Below the pieces are notes generated by a model. That model did no database searches and was not told where the DNA came from. It worked only from the letters and a program-made list of their open reading frames with translations. 64,000 bases of DNA, taken from NCBI GenBank assembly GCA_051546255.1, contig CP128818.1, forward strand, positions 868,001-932,000, given 5' to 3'. This DNA is from Meyerozyma guilliermondii. Its lineage: Eukaryota. The position numbers and the translations under genes are program-made. Shown here in pieces: positions 1-10,052 of this stretch (position 1 is its first letter; every line of letters starts with the position of its first letter).

Positions 1-178
1 AAGTCAATGAGCCAAATTCAGAAACTATCATCTGACGACCATACCGGCGATGTTCTTCGAAAGAAAGCCCTTTGTACGACTTGATGTCATTTTGTTTTAT
101 TTGGTGCTGCTTGGATGCCAATTCGGCCTTGAGTTGTTCGTTTTCTGCCCGTAAACGTTCTAGTTCGTGGAGATCCAT
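1..178 (-). CDS. UBA4: Urm1-activating adenylyltransferase/sulfurtransferase Uba4, N-terminal part (runs off the window)
   Basis: Manual translation from the ATG at 178 gives MDLHELERLRAENEQLKAEL...LSFEEHRRYGRQMIVSEFGS, the Uba4/MOCS3 RYGRQMI motif. Not in the ORF track. Confidence 0.85.
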   Translation of the reverse strand, partial: MDLHELERLRAENEQLKAELASKQHQIKQNDIKSYKGLSFEEHRRYGRQMIVSEFGSLT

Positions 179-227
179 CTGAGAGATGAGATGAGCGCGG
201 AGAAATTACAAGGTGAGAACCGTATAT

Positions 228-1014
228 TTATACAATTTTTTGCTTGACGAAGAACGACTTCAAGTGGCGCAATTGGTAGGTGCAAGTGCCGATCAACACA
301 AACAACTGGATAAATGTCCACTTGACCACACGGGAGTTGGTGGCTTCCGATTGGTCTCTGAATACGGTTTCTCTTAATCTCATTTGTTCCTGTTCGTTGT
401 GGATCTCCTCCAATTTTCTGTTCAACAGTTGCACCTTGAGCGTCAACAGGTCCACCTTGTGTGTAGTCTTGGAGTCGACGTAGTCGTGGGCGGAACCTTG
501 GGCCACGTCGAAGAAAATCCGGTGTTTTTGACCAGAATTACCGTCGCGATAAACCGGCGTGAGACAGATTTTGTGCTCGCCGGTATCGAGCGAGGTGAAC
601 GTGAAGTCACCAGTATGGGATGCTCTCTGGGTGACGACTCTGTGGTCGTTGTCGAATGTTTCCTGAGTTAGTGAAAGGAAGGAGAAGAAGAAGAAGAAGA
701 AGAAGAAGAAGAAGGAGAAAAGGGAGCGAAATGAAATCGAATTCGAATTGTCATTGTATCGCTCATCGCTCGTGCCCTCGCTCTTCACTCATTATACTTA
801 CGTCAACCGTGAACTCAACGTTCAAATTGGGATTTTTTAAATACATTCCCAGCTGTTGGTTGTATTCAAAGGCGTCGATTCGGCCAACAACCAAAGTGTT
901 CAGAGGCAACTCCTCGAAAAAACAACGAGTCTCGCCCGTGCTCAAATAGAAGTGCAACGCATTCACGTTCACTAGAAGAAAAAATATGGCTCCCAACACG
1001 CCTATTGATTGCAT
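228..1014 (-). CDS. p24/GOLD-family ER-Golgi cargo receptor (Erp1/Erp5 type), 2 exons: 802-1014 and 228-662, 215 aa
   Basis: Signal peptide followed by ALHFYLSTGETRCFFEELP, and C-terminal TM plus HLKSFFVKQKIV. Intron 663-801 reads GTAAGT...CACTAACTCAG and joins the exons in frame. Confidence 0.9.
681..720. repeat. (GAA)n microsatellite inside the p24 intron
   Basis: About 10 tandem GAA units; it creates the spurious poly-F and poly-R ORFs. Confidence 0.9.
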
Positions 1015-1174
1015 GATAGTGATCGAGTGAAGAAAAGTTGAACGCGTGTCCAGACAAGGTATGCAGGGCGGTGTGTGCAGGACGATGGCTGCAAAGAATA
1101 GATCTAATTCACTACTCACTACACCACACTAATCTTGACTAATCTTGACTACTCTTCATCTTCTTAATATTTGG

Positions 1175-3010
1175 CTACTTCTTTCTTCTTTTAATCTTCT
1201 CCACGAGCGAAGTGAGTTCTCCCTTACTTTCCTTATCGCTGGTTCTCTTCTTCTTTCCATTTTGCTTCCGATTCGATCTCTCCTTCAAAATCTTTTTCAT
1301 GGTGTTGGTGCCCTTAAACTCAGAGCTGGTTGGATCAATGGCAAAGTCGTGGTCCTCGAAAACCTCCTTGAAACGAGGATCCGACAAGTCGGCTTCAAAG
1401 TTGTCTTGAGGAATTTCTTCCTTTTGTCCTCGGCTCTTTTTATCCTTCTTCTTTTCTGCCTTGACAATCTCCTTCATATTGAAGTGCTGGGGCTGTTTTT
1501 CGCCTTCTTCCATCATCAAAAGCTCCAATTCGGCCTTGGAGCGCTCCTCGTCCACAGCTTCGTTCTCATCGGTCTTTTCAGATTTCTTGAGTTTCTCCAT
1601 TCTTCGCTTTCTACGCTCTTTCTCCTTCCGCCTGTATGCATCGATGGTGGTTTCCTCTTCTTCCTTGGCTGGTTCTGGTGGTTTTTGCTCGTCCAAGCCA
1701 GGCGTGAATGTGATTTCCATATCCACATCGTCTTCACTGTCACTTTTGTCGAACGTTCCTCCCAAAAGATTCTTGTACTTGTTCAGACTTTTTTCATCTT
1801 CACTGTCACTATCCGATGCTAAGTATGCCTTGAAATCCATTTCATCGATTTCCTTCTGCGAAAATGGCCTCGAGGAAACCGCAAGTCTTTCCTTGGGGGT
1901 TTCGTCCCACGTCAACTTGACTTTAGAATGCTGTAATGCATCAGTAACGAAAGCCGCACTGGGCTTATAGTTTGTAGGCAATGTGTCACATTGGTCTTTT
2001 GGTTCGTCATCTTCAAATGTCACCCCGTCTGGGATATACCTCAAATCGAAAATATTAGCGGTGGACTCGTACTCGGTTCCGTCACAATTTTTGTAGATAT
2101 TCTCTGCTGTGCTAACACTATCACAGTGTACAACAGCATAGTAGTACCTCAACCTTTGAAGCTGGTACCTCCGCAAGGCTTTGCTATCGTAGTCTTCGGT
2201 TCCATCTTCTTCTTCGTAAAGCTTTTTGGTGATTTTCCTCATACTTTCCACATTATTCATATCGACTTCATCGTCACTTTCGTCCGATTCATGCTTCTTC
2301 TTCTTTTTCTTGCTCTTGAAAAGTTCTCTCGACGGTCCCTCAATCTCTTCTCGTTGCATCTGCTCTTTACCAAATTGTGATGGGTATATGGTTACACTTT
2401 TGATCGAGCCGCCTTTAGGAACAAACGACTGGAATGTCACCATCAAGTCCACAGCACGGACATTATCCCAATCCAAGTTAACCACGGCAAACGATGCGGA
2501 CGGCTCGCCTTCTTCAGGCTTCCCTTCTTCCAATTCCACTTCGGACTCTTCAGCTTCTTCGTCATAAACTATACCGGTTTCCGAGTCGTCGGAGTCAGAA
2601 TCGGAATCCGAGCTGGAATCTGAGTCTGATTCGCTCAGAGATACCCCTTCACCACGAGCACGATCCACAACTGGGCTTGAGTCGGAGTCGGAGTCTGAGT
2701 CGGAGTCACTTGAGTCGCTGGCTTTGTCTTCTTTTTCTTGCTCGTTTTTCTCGTTTTTCTCGTTCTCATAGAACTTGTCGAACGTGCTGTGATCGTCCAG
2801 CTTGAGCTTACGGCCATAACGGTCGATTTGTGCACCTTTTCCACGACCCTTCTTGTTTAATTTCTTGAGCTCATCTTTGCTGAATCTCTCGTCAACTTTG
2901 ACTTTGAAGTTTTTCAAGCTAGGCGCCTTGAACCGAGGATCATTATGAACTGACTTGAACCTCAGGTCCGAGGTTACCCGCTGTTTCTGCTCCTTTTTAT
3001 CGGATGCCAT
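1175..3010 (-). CDS. ESF1: Pre-rRNA processing protein Esf1
   Basis: DPRFK N-terminus, AVVNLDWDNVRAVDL, LRRYQLQRLRYYYAVV, NUC153-like DPRFKEVFEDHDFAIDPT. Confidence 0.95.
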   Translation of the reverse strand: MASDKKEQKQRVTSDLRFKSVHNDPRFKAPSLKNFKVKVDERFSKDELKKLNKKGRGKGAQIDRYGRKLKLDDHSTFDKFYENEKNEKNEQEKEDKASDSSDSDSDSDSDSSPVVDRARGEGVSLSESDSDSSSDSDSDSDDSETGIVYDEEAEESEVELEEGKPEEGEPSASFAVVNLDWDNVRAVDLMVTFQSFVPKGGSIKSVTIYPSQFGKEQMQREEIEGPSRELFKSKKKKKKHESDESDDEVDMNNVESMRKITKKLYEEEDGTEDYDSKALRRYQLQRLRYYYAVVHCDSVSTAENIYKNCDGTEYESTANIFDLRYIPDGVTFEDDEPKDQCDTLPTNYKPSAAFVTDALQHSKVKLTWDETPKERLAVSSRPFSQKEIDEMDFKAYLASDSDSEDEKSLNKYKNLLGGTFDKSDSEDDVDMEITFTPGLDEQKPPEPAKEEEETTIDAYRRKEKERRKRRMEKLKKSEKTDENEAVDEERSKAELELLMMEEGEKQPQHFNMKEIVKAEKKKDKKSRGQKEEIPQDNFEADLSDPRFKEVFEDHDFAIDPTSSEFKGTNTMKKILKERSNRKQNGKKKRTSDKESKGELTSLVEKIKRRKK

Positions 3011-3026
3011 GATTGCGTAGTGGTGA

Positions 3027-3045
3027 GCTCATCTCGAAAATTTCA
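3027..3045 (-). promoter_or_regulatory. RRPE-like plus PAC ribosome-biogenesis elements upstream of ESF1
   Basis: Minus strand reads TGAAATTTTC-GAGATGAGC. The PAC core GATGAG also occurs before UBA4 (185-195) and RIO1 (5771-5778). Confidence 0.7.
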
Positions 3046-3093
3046 CATTGAAATGCACTACCGCGCTACCCCAGAAAACGGCCTGCAGACAAC

Positions 3094-4821
3094 TCATACC
3101 GACCCACCAGAGCCATGGTTACCCACCAACCCCACCATTTCAAGCAACGCTCTGTCTTCTCCCATACTGCGCAAGTTGACACTTTGGCGTGCCTCGGCTT
3201 GTTTTTTCTCCCAATCCCACTGTTTTTTCTGTTCTTCCAATTCTTTACTGGAACCCACTCCCCATACTTCGAGATCAGTGATGAGAAAACGGTCCTCGTA
3301 ATCCTGGCCAGAAATGTCTGGCTGGACCCCTGTAGCAAACGAGGTGATCCCAGAACCTGCCTGAGACGAAATGTGGCGGAACACGGCAAATTCCAAATTT
3401 GCTTCAATAGTAAGTGATACACTTCCTGGAGCATATCTCTTCAAAGTGTTCTTGTTGATAGGCTGAGAATTGCCAAATCCAAGCCCCATACCAAGCGTAT
3501 TGAAATATATGGATTCAGAAGCAATGCCTTTGAAAACGTCCAATCGTGGCTCGAGCGCTATGATTGTGGTATTGGTGTCGCCGAAATTTTTCTTGTTAGA
3601 GACTTTCCAAGGCTCATGAACCAAAACCGCATAGGTGATTTTGTCGTTTGGTTGTTGCCAAGGCTTCAAGGGGCTCTCCAGCGATCTGAAAAACCGCGGA
3701 TATTCCAGGTCAAATGTTTCGTATCTCTTAATGGTGGTGCGCAATCTCTCTCCAGAAACCAACAAAATCGTCGGTGCATGCCACTTGAAAACCTTCAGTT
3801 CAAGAGAACGGATCGAAAACCCAGATTCGGATCCTAGGTAGAGTTTCACCAAGTTTTGGCGAGTAAGACTGATTCCGGCTTGCTTACCACCAAGGCCAGC
3901 AAATGTAGCTGCCAAAAGTGCAATTGTAGAACTGTTGATAAGATGACTTTTTGTGACCTCTAGGTCCGGTCCCTTTTTAGTCTCAGTCGTATCTGAATGC
4001 TCAGTCGTATCCGAAAGCATAACATCCACAAGAAACTCAAATCCATAATGAACTAAAGGACCCAAAAGTGCTAGCGCCAGGCTAAAATCTTGGTAAGAAA
4101 TTTTTTCAGAAGAGCGTATGAATGTCGTGAGTTGTTCTCCAGCGGCTTCAAAACTGCGCCAATCATTATCGAGTTTTTGCAGCAATTCCGTTTGCATCGA
4201 AATCCGTTTTCGTTTTGGAATAGAATAAATCACCAAAAATAATGCCAAAAGTTGCACCATTTCCGACCTAGAAATAAAATACCCATCTGTGTCCACAGAC
4301 TCGAACCCCAGCATGCTGGACCAGTCAACAAAACGGCTTGCCATTTGGAGGTGTTCAGGGTTTTCAATGCCACGACCAAACTTGACGGAAACTGGCAATT
4401 GCTCGCTTTTTTCTGTTACAGCATCCAATTTTGAGGTAGCCAAGGCCCTGAATATGAGTTTATCGTAGTCTGTGTTCAATTTTAGCTTCTTGAACCGACC
4501 AGAAATGAGCATTGAAGCAACTATCAATTCGTCAGCCGTGATGGTGGAATCATTTTCTTCTCCAAAAAACGGAAATTTTCCTAGTTTTTGCAAACATTTG
4601 TAAACCACCAGCGACGGTGGGTCGTTAAGAAGCAATAACTGGGCCAAATCAGCCCGTGAAAGTTGCGCTTTTTCATTTACGGTGGTTGAGTTCAACTTCT
4701 TGCGCAACGTTTGCGCCTCCACAGGAGTGATAAGACGTTGACAGGCATAGCTAAGCAAGGTATGGACCTGCTGTGGCGAATAGGAATGAGAAAATGATTC
4801 AGCACTGGAAGATTGTCCCAT
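3094..4821 (-). CDS. RTC5: TLDc-domain protein Rtc5
   Basis: MGQSSS myristoylation start, TLDc motifs (SGFSIRSLELKVFKWHAPTILLVSG; ITDLEVWGVG), C-terminal DRALLEMVGLVG. Confidence 0.85.
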   Translation of the reverse strand: MGQSSSAESFSHSYSPQQVHTLLSYACQRLITPVEAQTLRKKLNSTTVNEKAQLSRADLAQLLLLNDPPSLVVYKCLQKLGKFPFFGEENDSTITADELIVASMLISGRFKKLKLNTDYDKLIFRALATSKLDAVTEKSEQLPVSVKFGRGIENPEHLQMASRFVDWSSMLGFESVDTDGYFISRSEMVQLLALFLVIYSIPKRKRISMQTELLQKLDNDWRSFEAAGEQLTTFIRSSEKISYQDFSLALALLGPLVHYGFEFLVDVMLSDTTEHSDTTETKKGPDLEVTKSHLINSSTIALLAATFAGLGGKQAGISLTRQNLVKLYLGSESGFSIRSLELKVFKWHAPTILLVSGERLRTTIKRYETFDLEYPRFFRSLESPLKPWQQPNDKITYAVLVHEPWKVSNKKNFGDTNTTIIALEPRLDVFKGIASESIYFNTLGMGLGFGNSQPINKNTLKRYAPGSVSLTIEANLEFAVFRHISSQAGSGITSFATGVQPDISGQDYEDRFLITDLEVWGVGSSKELEEQKKQWDWEKKQAEARQSVNLRSMGEDRALLEMVGLVGNHGSGGSV

Positions 4822-4973
4822 TGGAATGATTACATTAATTATATTAATTACATGAGTTACATTAGGTCTGTAATGTACAGGAACGGTACCAACATCTGAA
4901 AGATGAAAGGTGCTAAGTGTGCGGAAAAGTCGAGTGCTCCGTAGCTCGCGAGATCGTTATTCGTTGATGAGTT

Positions 4974-5691
4974 TTATACGAATGCAGAACGAAGCCATTC
5001 TCTGGATCTTATCTCCAAATCGTAAACAAAATGGGTAATGCGGCCGCGCCATCCAGGTTCCATAATTGGCACCACCTCCGGTTCATTTGAATAGCGTTGA
5101 GCTGCGGCCTCCAGTTTGAGAAGGGCCCTTGTAAACGATACCACCACCAACGTGGTGTACAAGCGGAATATTGCAACCATTAAAGTGATAGCCATGGTCA
5201 AAAATAGTTCCCTTTCTGCCGAGGCAGATTGTGCAGCCATGGTGGGATCCACGTCTGGTTTTGTGGCTCCAGCGTACGGGTCTGAGGTAGGACTGTTGTC
5301 CTCGTGGCTGAACCAAAAGTAGTTGAAGTATAATGTGTACAAATAACCCACTATGGTGTCAACAACGTATAAAATGCAAACAAGAGACGTCTTCCGAGTG
5401 CCCTTTTCCCGGCTATTCAAGTTCAAAAGCCCCAGAATATAGAATGGGAGCACCACCAAGGCAAACATATTGTATAACCATTGCCAAAAGTTGATAGGGT
5501 GGCCGGTAATGATGGAAAGTATTCCGAACGCTCCCGATGCCTTATTGAAAATTGCAGTTCCAAGCACCACTTCGACTCCAATGTAGAGGGGAATGGTCAA
5601 GAGGAATTTCTGGGGTTAGTTGTGTGTACCGAACGTGTTTCCGGCTGCTACTTACTCTAGGCAATGCCCCATTGAGCTGGGATAATCGCAT
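4974..5691 (-). CDS. KEI1: IPC synthase regulatory subunit Kei1, 2 exons: 5656-5691 and 4974-5609
   Basis: LPR|KFLLTIPLYIGVEVVLG...FNKASGAFGILS with 4 TM segments. A 46-nt intron 5610-5655 (GTAAGT...AACTAACCCCAG) restores an ATG start. Confidence 0.85.
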
Positions 5692-5808
5692 GACAAACAA
5701 CTTCGCAGCTCGTGCAAATCGGACCCTCATCCCAGTCGCGGGTGCACGGGTGCGCACACGGCGGTTCACTGCGATGAGGTTGATTTGCGACCACTAGTAG
5801 TTATAGAG

Positions 5809-7251
5809 ATGGGTAGCAATTTGGCACCGTTGAGCAACTTGGAGGGGGAAAAAGCTGTTGAGGGTGAACCCACAGGCCCCAGGATGACTGGAAATGATTT
5901 TGAAAGCGCAAAGACTTCTGAAGACGATTCTACTACTGATTCTGATTCGGACTCCGACACCGAGTTTGATAATGGAACCCATAATCCACCAGCCACGGCT
6001 CCCAAAACTTTGACGGACCGTGGAGACATTATAGACAGGTATGGCTCCAAGATAGCCGACTCATCCATCAAGGGACCCAAAACTACAAAAGATAGAGCCA
6101 ATCGTGCGACAGTGGAGCAAGTGTTGGATCCTCGAACCATGCGGTTTTTAGGCAAAATATTCAACAAGGGCATTATTACCAGGATAAACGGCTGTATCAG
6201 TACCGGGAAAGAAGCCAATGTGTACCATGGAGAGCATGAAGAAAAGAATTTGGAGTATGCAGTCAAAATCTACAAGACGTCAATCTTGGTATTTAAAGAT
6301 AGAGAAAGGTACGTTGATGGAGAATTTCGGTTTCGCAACCAAAAGAACCAGAGCAATCCTCGAAAAATGGTGAAAATGTGGGCGGAAAAAGAGTTTCGGA
6401 ACCTCAAACGTCTTTATCTCAACGGCATTCCATGTCCGGAACCCATCGAATTAAAGTCCCATGTATTGGTGATGCAATACTTGACCAAGGGTAAGGGTCA
6501 ACCTTCACCAAAGCTTAAGGACCACCCGTTCGCGGACGAGGAAGAAGTTGTTCATTACTACCATCAAATGCTCTTTTATATGAGACGAATGTACCAAGAG
6601 TGTCGATTAGTTCACGCCGATCTCAGCGAGTACAACTCTATTGTTCACGACAACAAGCTTTATATTATTGATGTTTCACAGTCTGTGGAGCCCGAGCATC
6701 CTATGGCGCTTGATTTTTTGAGGATGGATATCAAAAACGTCAATGATTTTTTCAAAAAGAAAATCAATGTCTATCCGGAAAGAATGCTTTTTCAATATAT
6801 CACCGACAACACGTTGCGAGACAACAGTGACGAGTCTCTTACCAAGTACTTGGAGGCTATTCCTCTTAAGAACGAAGACCACGACCAGGAGGTTGAAGAC
6901 GAAATTTTTAGGTCAGTTTACTTGGTGCGGTCGTTGAACCAACTTGACGAGCGAGATTTCAACGATTTTTCTTTGGGAAAATTGAATGTTTTGAACGATT
7001 TGTTGGGAGAAGCAGAGAAAGAGGAAGATTCCAGTGACAGTGAGAGCGAGTATAGCGACGAAAGTGACGAAGATAGCGATTCTTATGACGACGAAAGAGC
7101 TGCAAAAATACCCAAGGGAAAAAAATTCGAGGATAAAGATGAGAAAAAGGCACGGAAAGAAGCTGCCAAGACTGCCAAGGCGGAAAAGCGCAAAACCAAG
7201 ATGAAGAAGAACGTCAAGAAAAAGTTGGTGAACAAACGTAAGACAAAGTAG
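5809..7251 (+). CDS. RIO1: Atypical kinase Rio1 (start ATG 5809 or 5884)
   Basis: DRANRATVEQVLDPRT, ISTGKEANVYH, LVHADLSEYN, IIDVSQSVE, K-rich tail. Confidence 0.95.
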   Translation: MGSNLAPLSNLEGEKAVEGEPTGPRMTGNDFESAKTSEDDSTTDSDSDSDTEFDNGTHNPPATAPKTLTDRGDIIDRYGSKIADSSIKGPKTTKDRANRATVEQVLDPRTMRFLGKIFNKGIITRINGCISTGKEANVYHGEHEEKNLEYAVKIYKTSILVFKDRERYVDGEFRFRNQKNQSNPRKMVKMWAEKEFRNLKRLYLNGIPCPEPIELKSHVLVMQYLTKGKGQPSPKLKDHPFADEEEVVHYYHQMLFYMRRMYQECRLVHADLSEYNSIVHDNKLYIIDVSQSVEPEHPMALDFLRMDIKNVNDFFKKKINVYPERMLFQYITDNTLRDNSDESLTKYLEAIPLKNEDHDQEVEDEIFRSVYLVRSLNQLDERDFNDFSLGKLNVLNDLLGEAEKEEDSSDSESEYSDESDEDSDSYDDERAAKIPKGKKFEDKDEKKARKEAAKTAKAEKRKTKMKKNVKKKLVNKRKTK

Positions 7252-7260
7252 ACAAAGTAG

Positions 7261-7738
7261 GGTAGAGAAGGTGTTCCGTAAGCAATTTGGTGGAAAAGGA
7301 TTGATTGACATCAAGGTTGGATATGCCAATGGCATCCCCACAATCGGCAATGTGAATTATGAAAAAATATGCAGTGGGTCTACAGAGTTTGTGGAGGCTG
7401 TACAACTCTCTTATGAGCCTGAGAATCTTCAATTGGAGGCTATTTTGGACATTTTTTTCAGAATGCACGATCCTACCACCGTCAATTCTCAGGGTCCTGA
7501 CAAGGGAACCCAAAATAGATCTGCGATTATGACTCACGATGACAAGGATAACAAAGTGGCGTGGGAAATCAAGCAAAAAATGCAAGCGGAATGGTACCCT
7601 GGACACCAAATCGTCACTATTATTGAGCCCATCAAGGTGTGGCATGATGCTGAAAACTACCACCAACAGTATTTGGCAAAGAACCCAGGAGGATACGACT
7701 GCCCTACACACTTTATAAGGACGAAGCCCAAGGCATGA
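7261..7738 (+). pseudogene. MXR1: 5'-truncated peptide methionine sulfoxide reductase MsrA (Mxr1), lacking its start and the catalytic GCFW
   Basis: Reads (G)VEKVFRKQF...KVGYANG...YEKICSG...HDPTT...QG.D.GTQNRSAI...AENYHQQYL. It begins 9 nt after the RIO1 stop, with no GCFW and no upstream ATG. Confidence 0.75.
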
Positions 7739-8364
7739 ACACAAGAAAAGAAGATTGGGTTATCTTAGTAAGAGTATGATAAAGGACGTATGAATTGTAT
7801 ATAGTAGAGAAGTGTAATTGCTCTATTGAGAATTTGTTGTGGAGTTCCTGGAAGCTCAAAAAGTTCAATTGGTCAAACCAACGAAAAAGAGCCTAAAATA
7901 ATGCACAACTATTTCATAGCAGTTATAAACAACGTCCCACCAACACCGTTATAACTGCCGTATTGCGAAAATATCTATACTGGGTGTACTGGTGTAAAGT
8001 GAATCTCACCCACAGGCAAACCTCTTCTACTTCGACTGCGATTCTATGGTTCCTATACGTTCAACCCGCATCAAGGAAGTGGTAATCAACATTACAAATG
8101 TATGATAGGGTTGTGGTGTCAAGCTCAATTGACTCTGGCTAGCTTCGGATGGCATAAACCAATGCAGAGAATGAAGGAAACGGAAAGAATAAGAAACAGA
8201 AAGTATAAAGTAGAGGAAAAGATAGCAGAATCAGGCTGAACGCTCATTTTCAGGTACATTTGGCCGGCTATACCACTTTTTTTCACCGCTCTAGGCTTGG
8301 CAGTCGCATCTACTTAAAACCTAGCTTTTATCGCAGCGAACCTTTGATAATTTCTTGATCAAAA

Positions 8365-8715
8365 ATGGAGGAAAAAATCACTGATATGGAGGAAAAAATT
8401 ACTGAAGAAAATATGGCCGAGAATGTGAAAAACTTTTGCGTCAAGCTATGGAAAGATCGTTTCGTACTTTTGATTATTGGTGTTCTCTTGTGTTTGGTAA
8501 CCTTTGTAGTCAAAGCTTGTGCGGAGAATGATCCCCGTTTTGGTTTGCACTTTTTGGTAGTTGTTTGTGTGTTGGGTACAACAGGAATGTTTTGTTTAGC
8601 AATCGATTCTATTCGAAAGAAGGAACCATTAAACGTGATTATAAGCTTATTTTCTCTTCTTATGTGTTGTGGGTTCTGTTATTTGCTTTACGATGGTTAC
8701 AGCGAATTAGAGTAA
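8365..8715 (+). CDS. Orphan 116-aa protein with about 3 TM helices
   Basis: ATG-initiated ORF with three hydrophobic stretches and a duplicated MEEKIT start (21-bp direct repeat). No family recognised. Confidence 0.45.
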   Translation: MEEKITDMEEKITEENMAENVKNFCVKLWKDRFVLLIIGVLLCLVTFVVKACAENDPRFGLHFLVVVCVLGTTGMFCLAIDSIRKKEPLNVIISLFSLLMCCGFCYLLYDGYSELE

Positions 8716-9210
8716 TGCAAATACAAAGATTCTTCGCTTTAAATTACCAATGATATTAGCAGCTTGTCAGTTAAGTTTATCTTTAGTAATTATATTTTTC
8801 GTGCGGTTCGTCTTAAATAGAGCACCTTTTAGTCCGCGACCTACCTGGTGGTCATTCTTCATGCATGTTTTGCATTTGATGTAGGCGACCCCACAGCATA
8901 GAAGCGACACCGTATTAAAAGCTTTATGACATGCTGTAGTCACGAAACATCAAAATTGGCGACTTTAACAACAACATAGCTTTCCTACTTGGTTGCAAAA
9001 TCAACCGTGCGAAGGTGCGGCTTTTACTGAGCCAAGTTATACATGTGATACCAAAAGATCCACTATATCGCTTATGACCTGACACTCTTACAGTGTAGTA
9101 TAAATCACCCATTCGCTCTTGAATACTTGAAGCAAGTTGAAAATAATTTTGTGACATAATATTCTTCAAAGTCGCTCCTCTTTTCCATCTTTACATCCAA
9201 CCCAGGACCA

Positions 9211-10052
9211 ATGAATCAGGGCAACCAGGGCAACCAGCCCCAGCAGATACCCCAGCAGGGCCAGCACACACGTTCCCAGGCTCAGATCCCTACTATTCAG
9301 CTGAAATACGTCGGCCAATTTGTCCAGGCTTTAAAGAAAGAAGCAGCTCTTGCACAAGCCGCCACCAATGAGGCAGATCGAGCCAAGCACTATGCCAAAG
9401 TTGAGTCTTTGAGGCAGATCTTGAAGAAGTACCAGACAATGCAACAAAATGCTCGTCAACAACAGCAAAACCAAATGAATCCACAACAAACTCCGCAAGG
9501 GTCCACCATGAATCCAAGACTTAGCACCAGCAACCCTGGTTCCTCGCAGATTCTTCTCCGGTTCCTCAGAGCATGCCCCAGAATTTGGCAGCTCAGCGTC
9601 AAAATGCTGGTCCAGCCTCTGCACCGCAACCTGGAACGACGGCCGGTGCACAAGGCTCTACCCCGGCGCTTGCTGTTTCCGCCGAAAACCTCAAGAGAAT
9701 CAACACGGTGCTAACCGAGGTGAGCAAGCAGATCAATGATCTTGAGACAAGAAAGGCTAACGGATTGTCAGCCGAACAAGCTGCGAACACTGACACCCAA
9801 TTCAATCAGTTTCGATCCAAGCTTGCACAGTATCAAAAGGTTGCTGTGTACATGAAGGGTCAATTGGAGAGAGGTGCTCAAGGCGGCACACCAGCCTCGG
9901 CGGGAAGTCCTGCTGTAAAGGTAGGCACGCCTGCAATGGGTGGTGGAGCGTCAGGACCCGATCCTCGCTTGAGACCAGGTTCTGCCCAGGGCGCAGACTC
10001 TCCCGCTCTCACCAAATCTGCTGGCTCAAGTGCAGAAACGTTGCTGGCGTGA
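9211..10052 (+). pseudogene. Frameshifted, 3'-truncated fragment resembling the N-terminal half of Taf12
   Basis: Q-rich start, VQALKKEAALAQ...KHYAKVESLRQILKKYQ helix, then a coiled coil in another frame. A 1-nt deletion lies at about 9550, and no histone fold appears before the junction at about 10045. Confidence 0.55.

Noticed and set aside
656..949. Poly-Arg ORF on + and the poly-Phe N-terminus of ORF 228-788
   Set aside because: Artefacts of the (GAA)n microsatellite inside the p24 intron.
1145..1822. Long antisense ORFs over ESF1, CDC48 (17491-18324), NRP1 (25717-26535) and LAP2 (47646-48305)
   Set aside because: Shadows of codon bias on the opposite strand of well-supported genes.
7740..8000. 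Telomerase RNA pseudoknot next to the telomere-like motif
   Set aside because: The U-rich strand has no matching A-rich partner, and there is little room 3' of the putative template.
8940..9075. NIKIGDFN peptide suggesting a kinase or LINE endonuclease remnant
   Set aside because: A single short motif bounded by stops, with no other supporting motifs.
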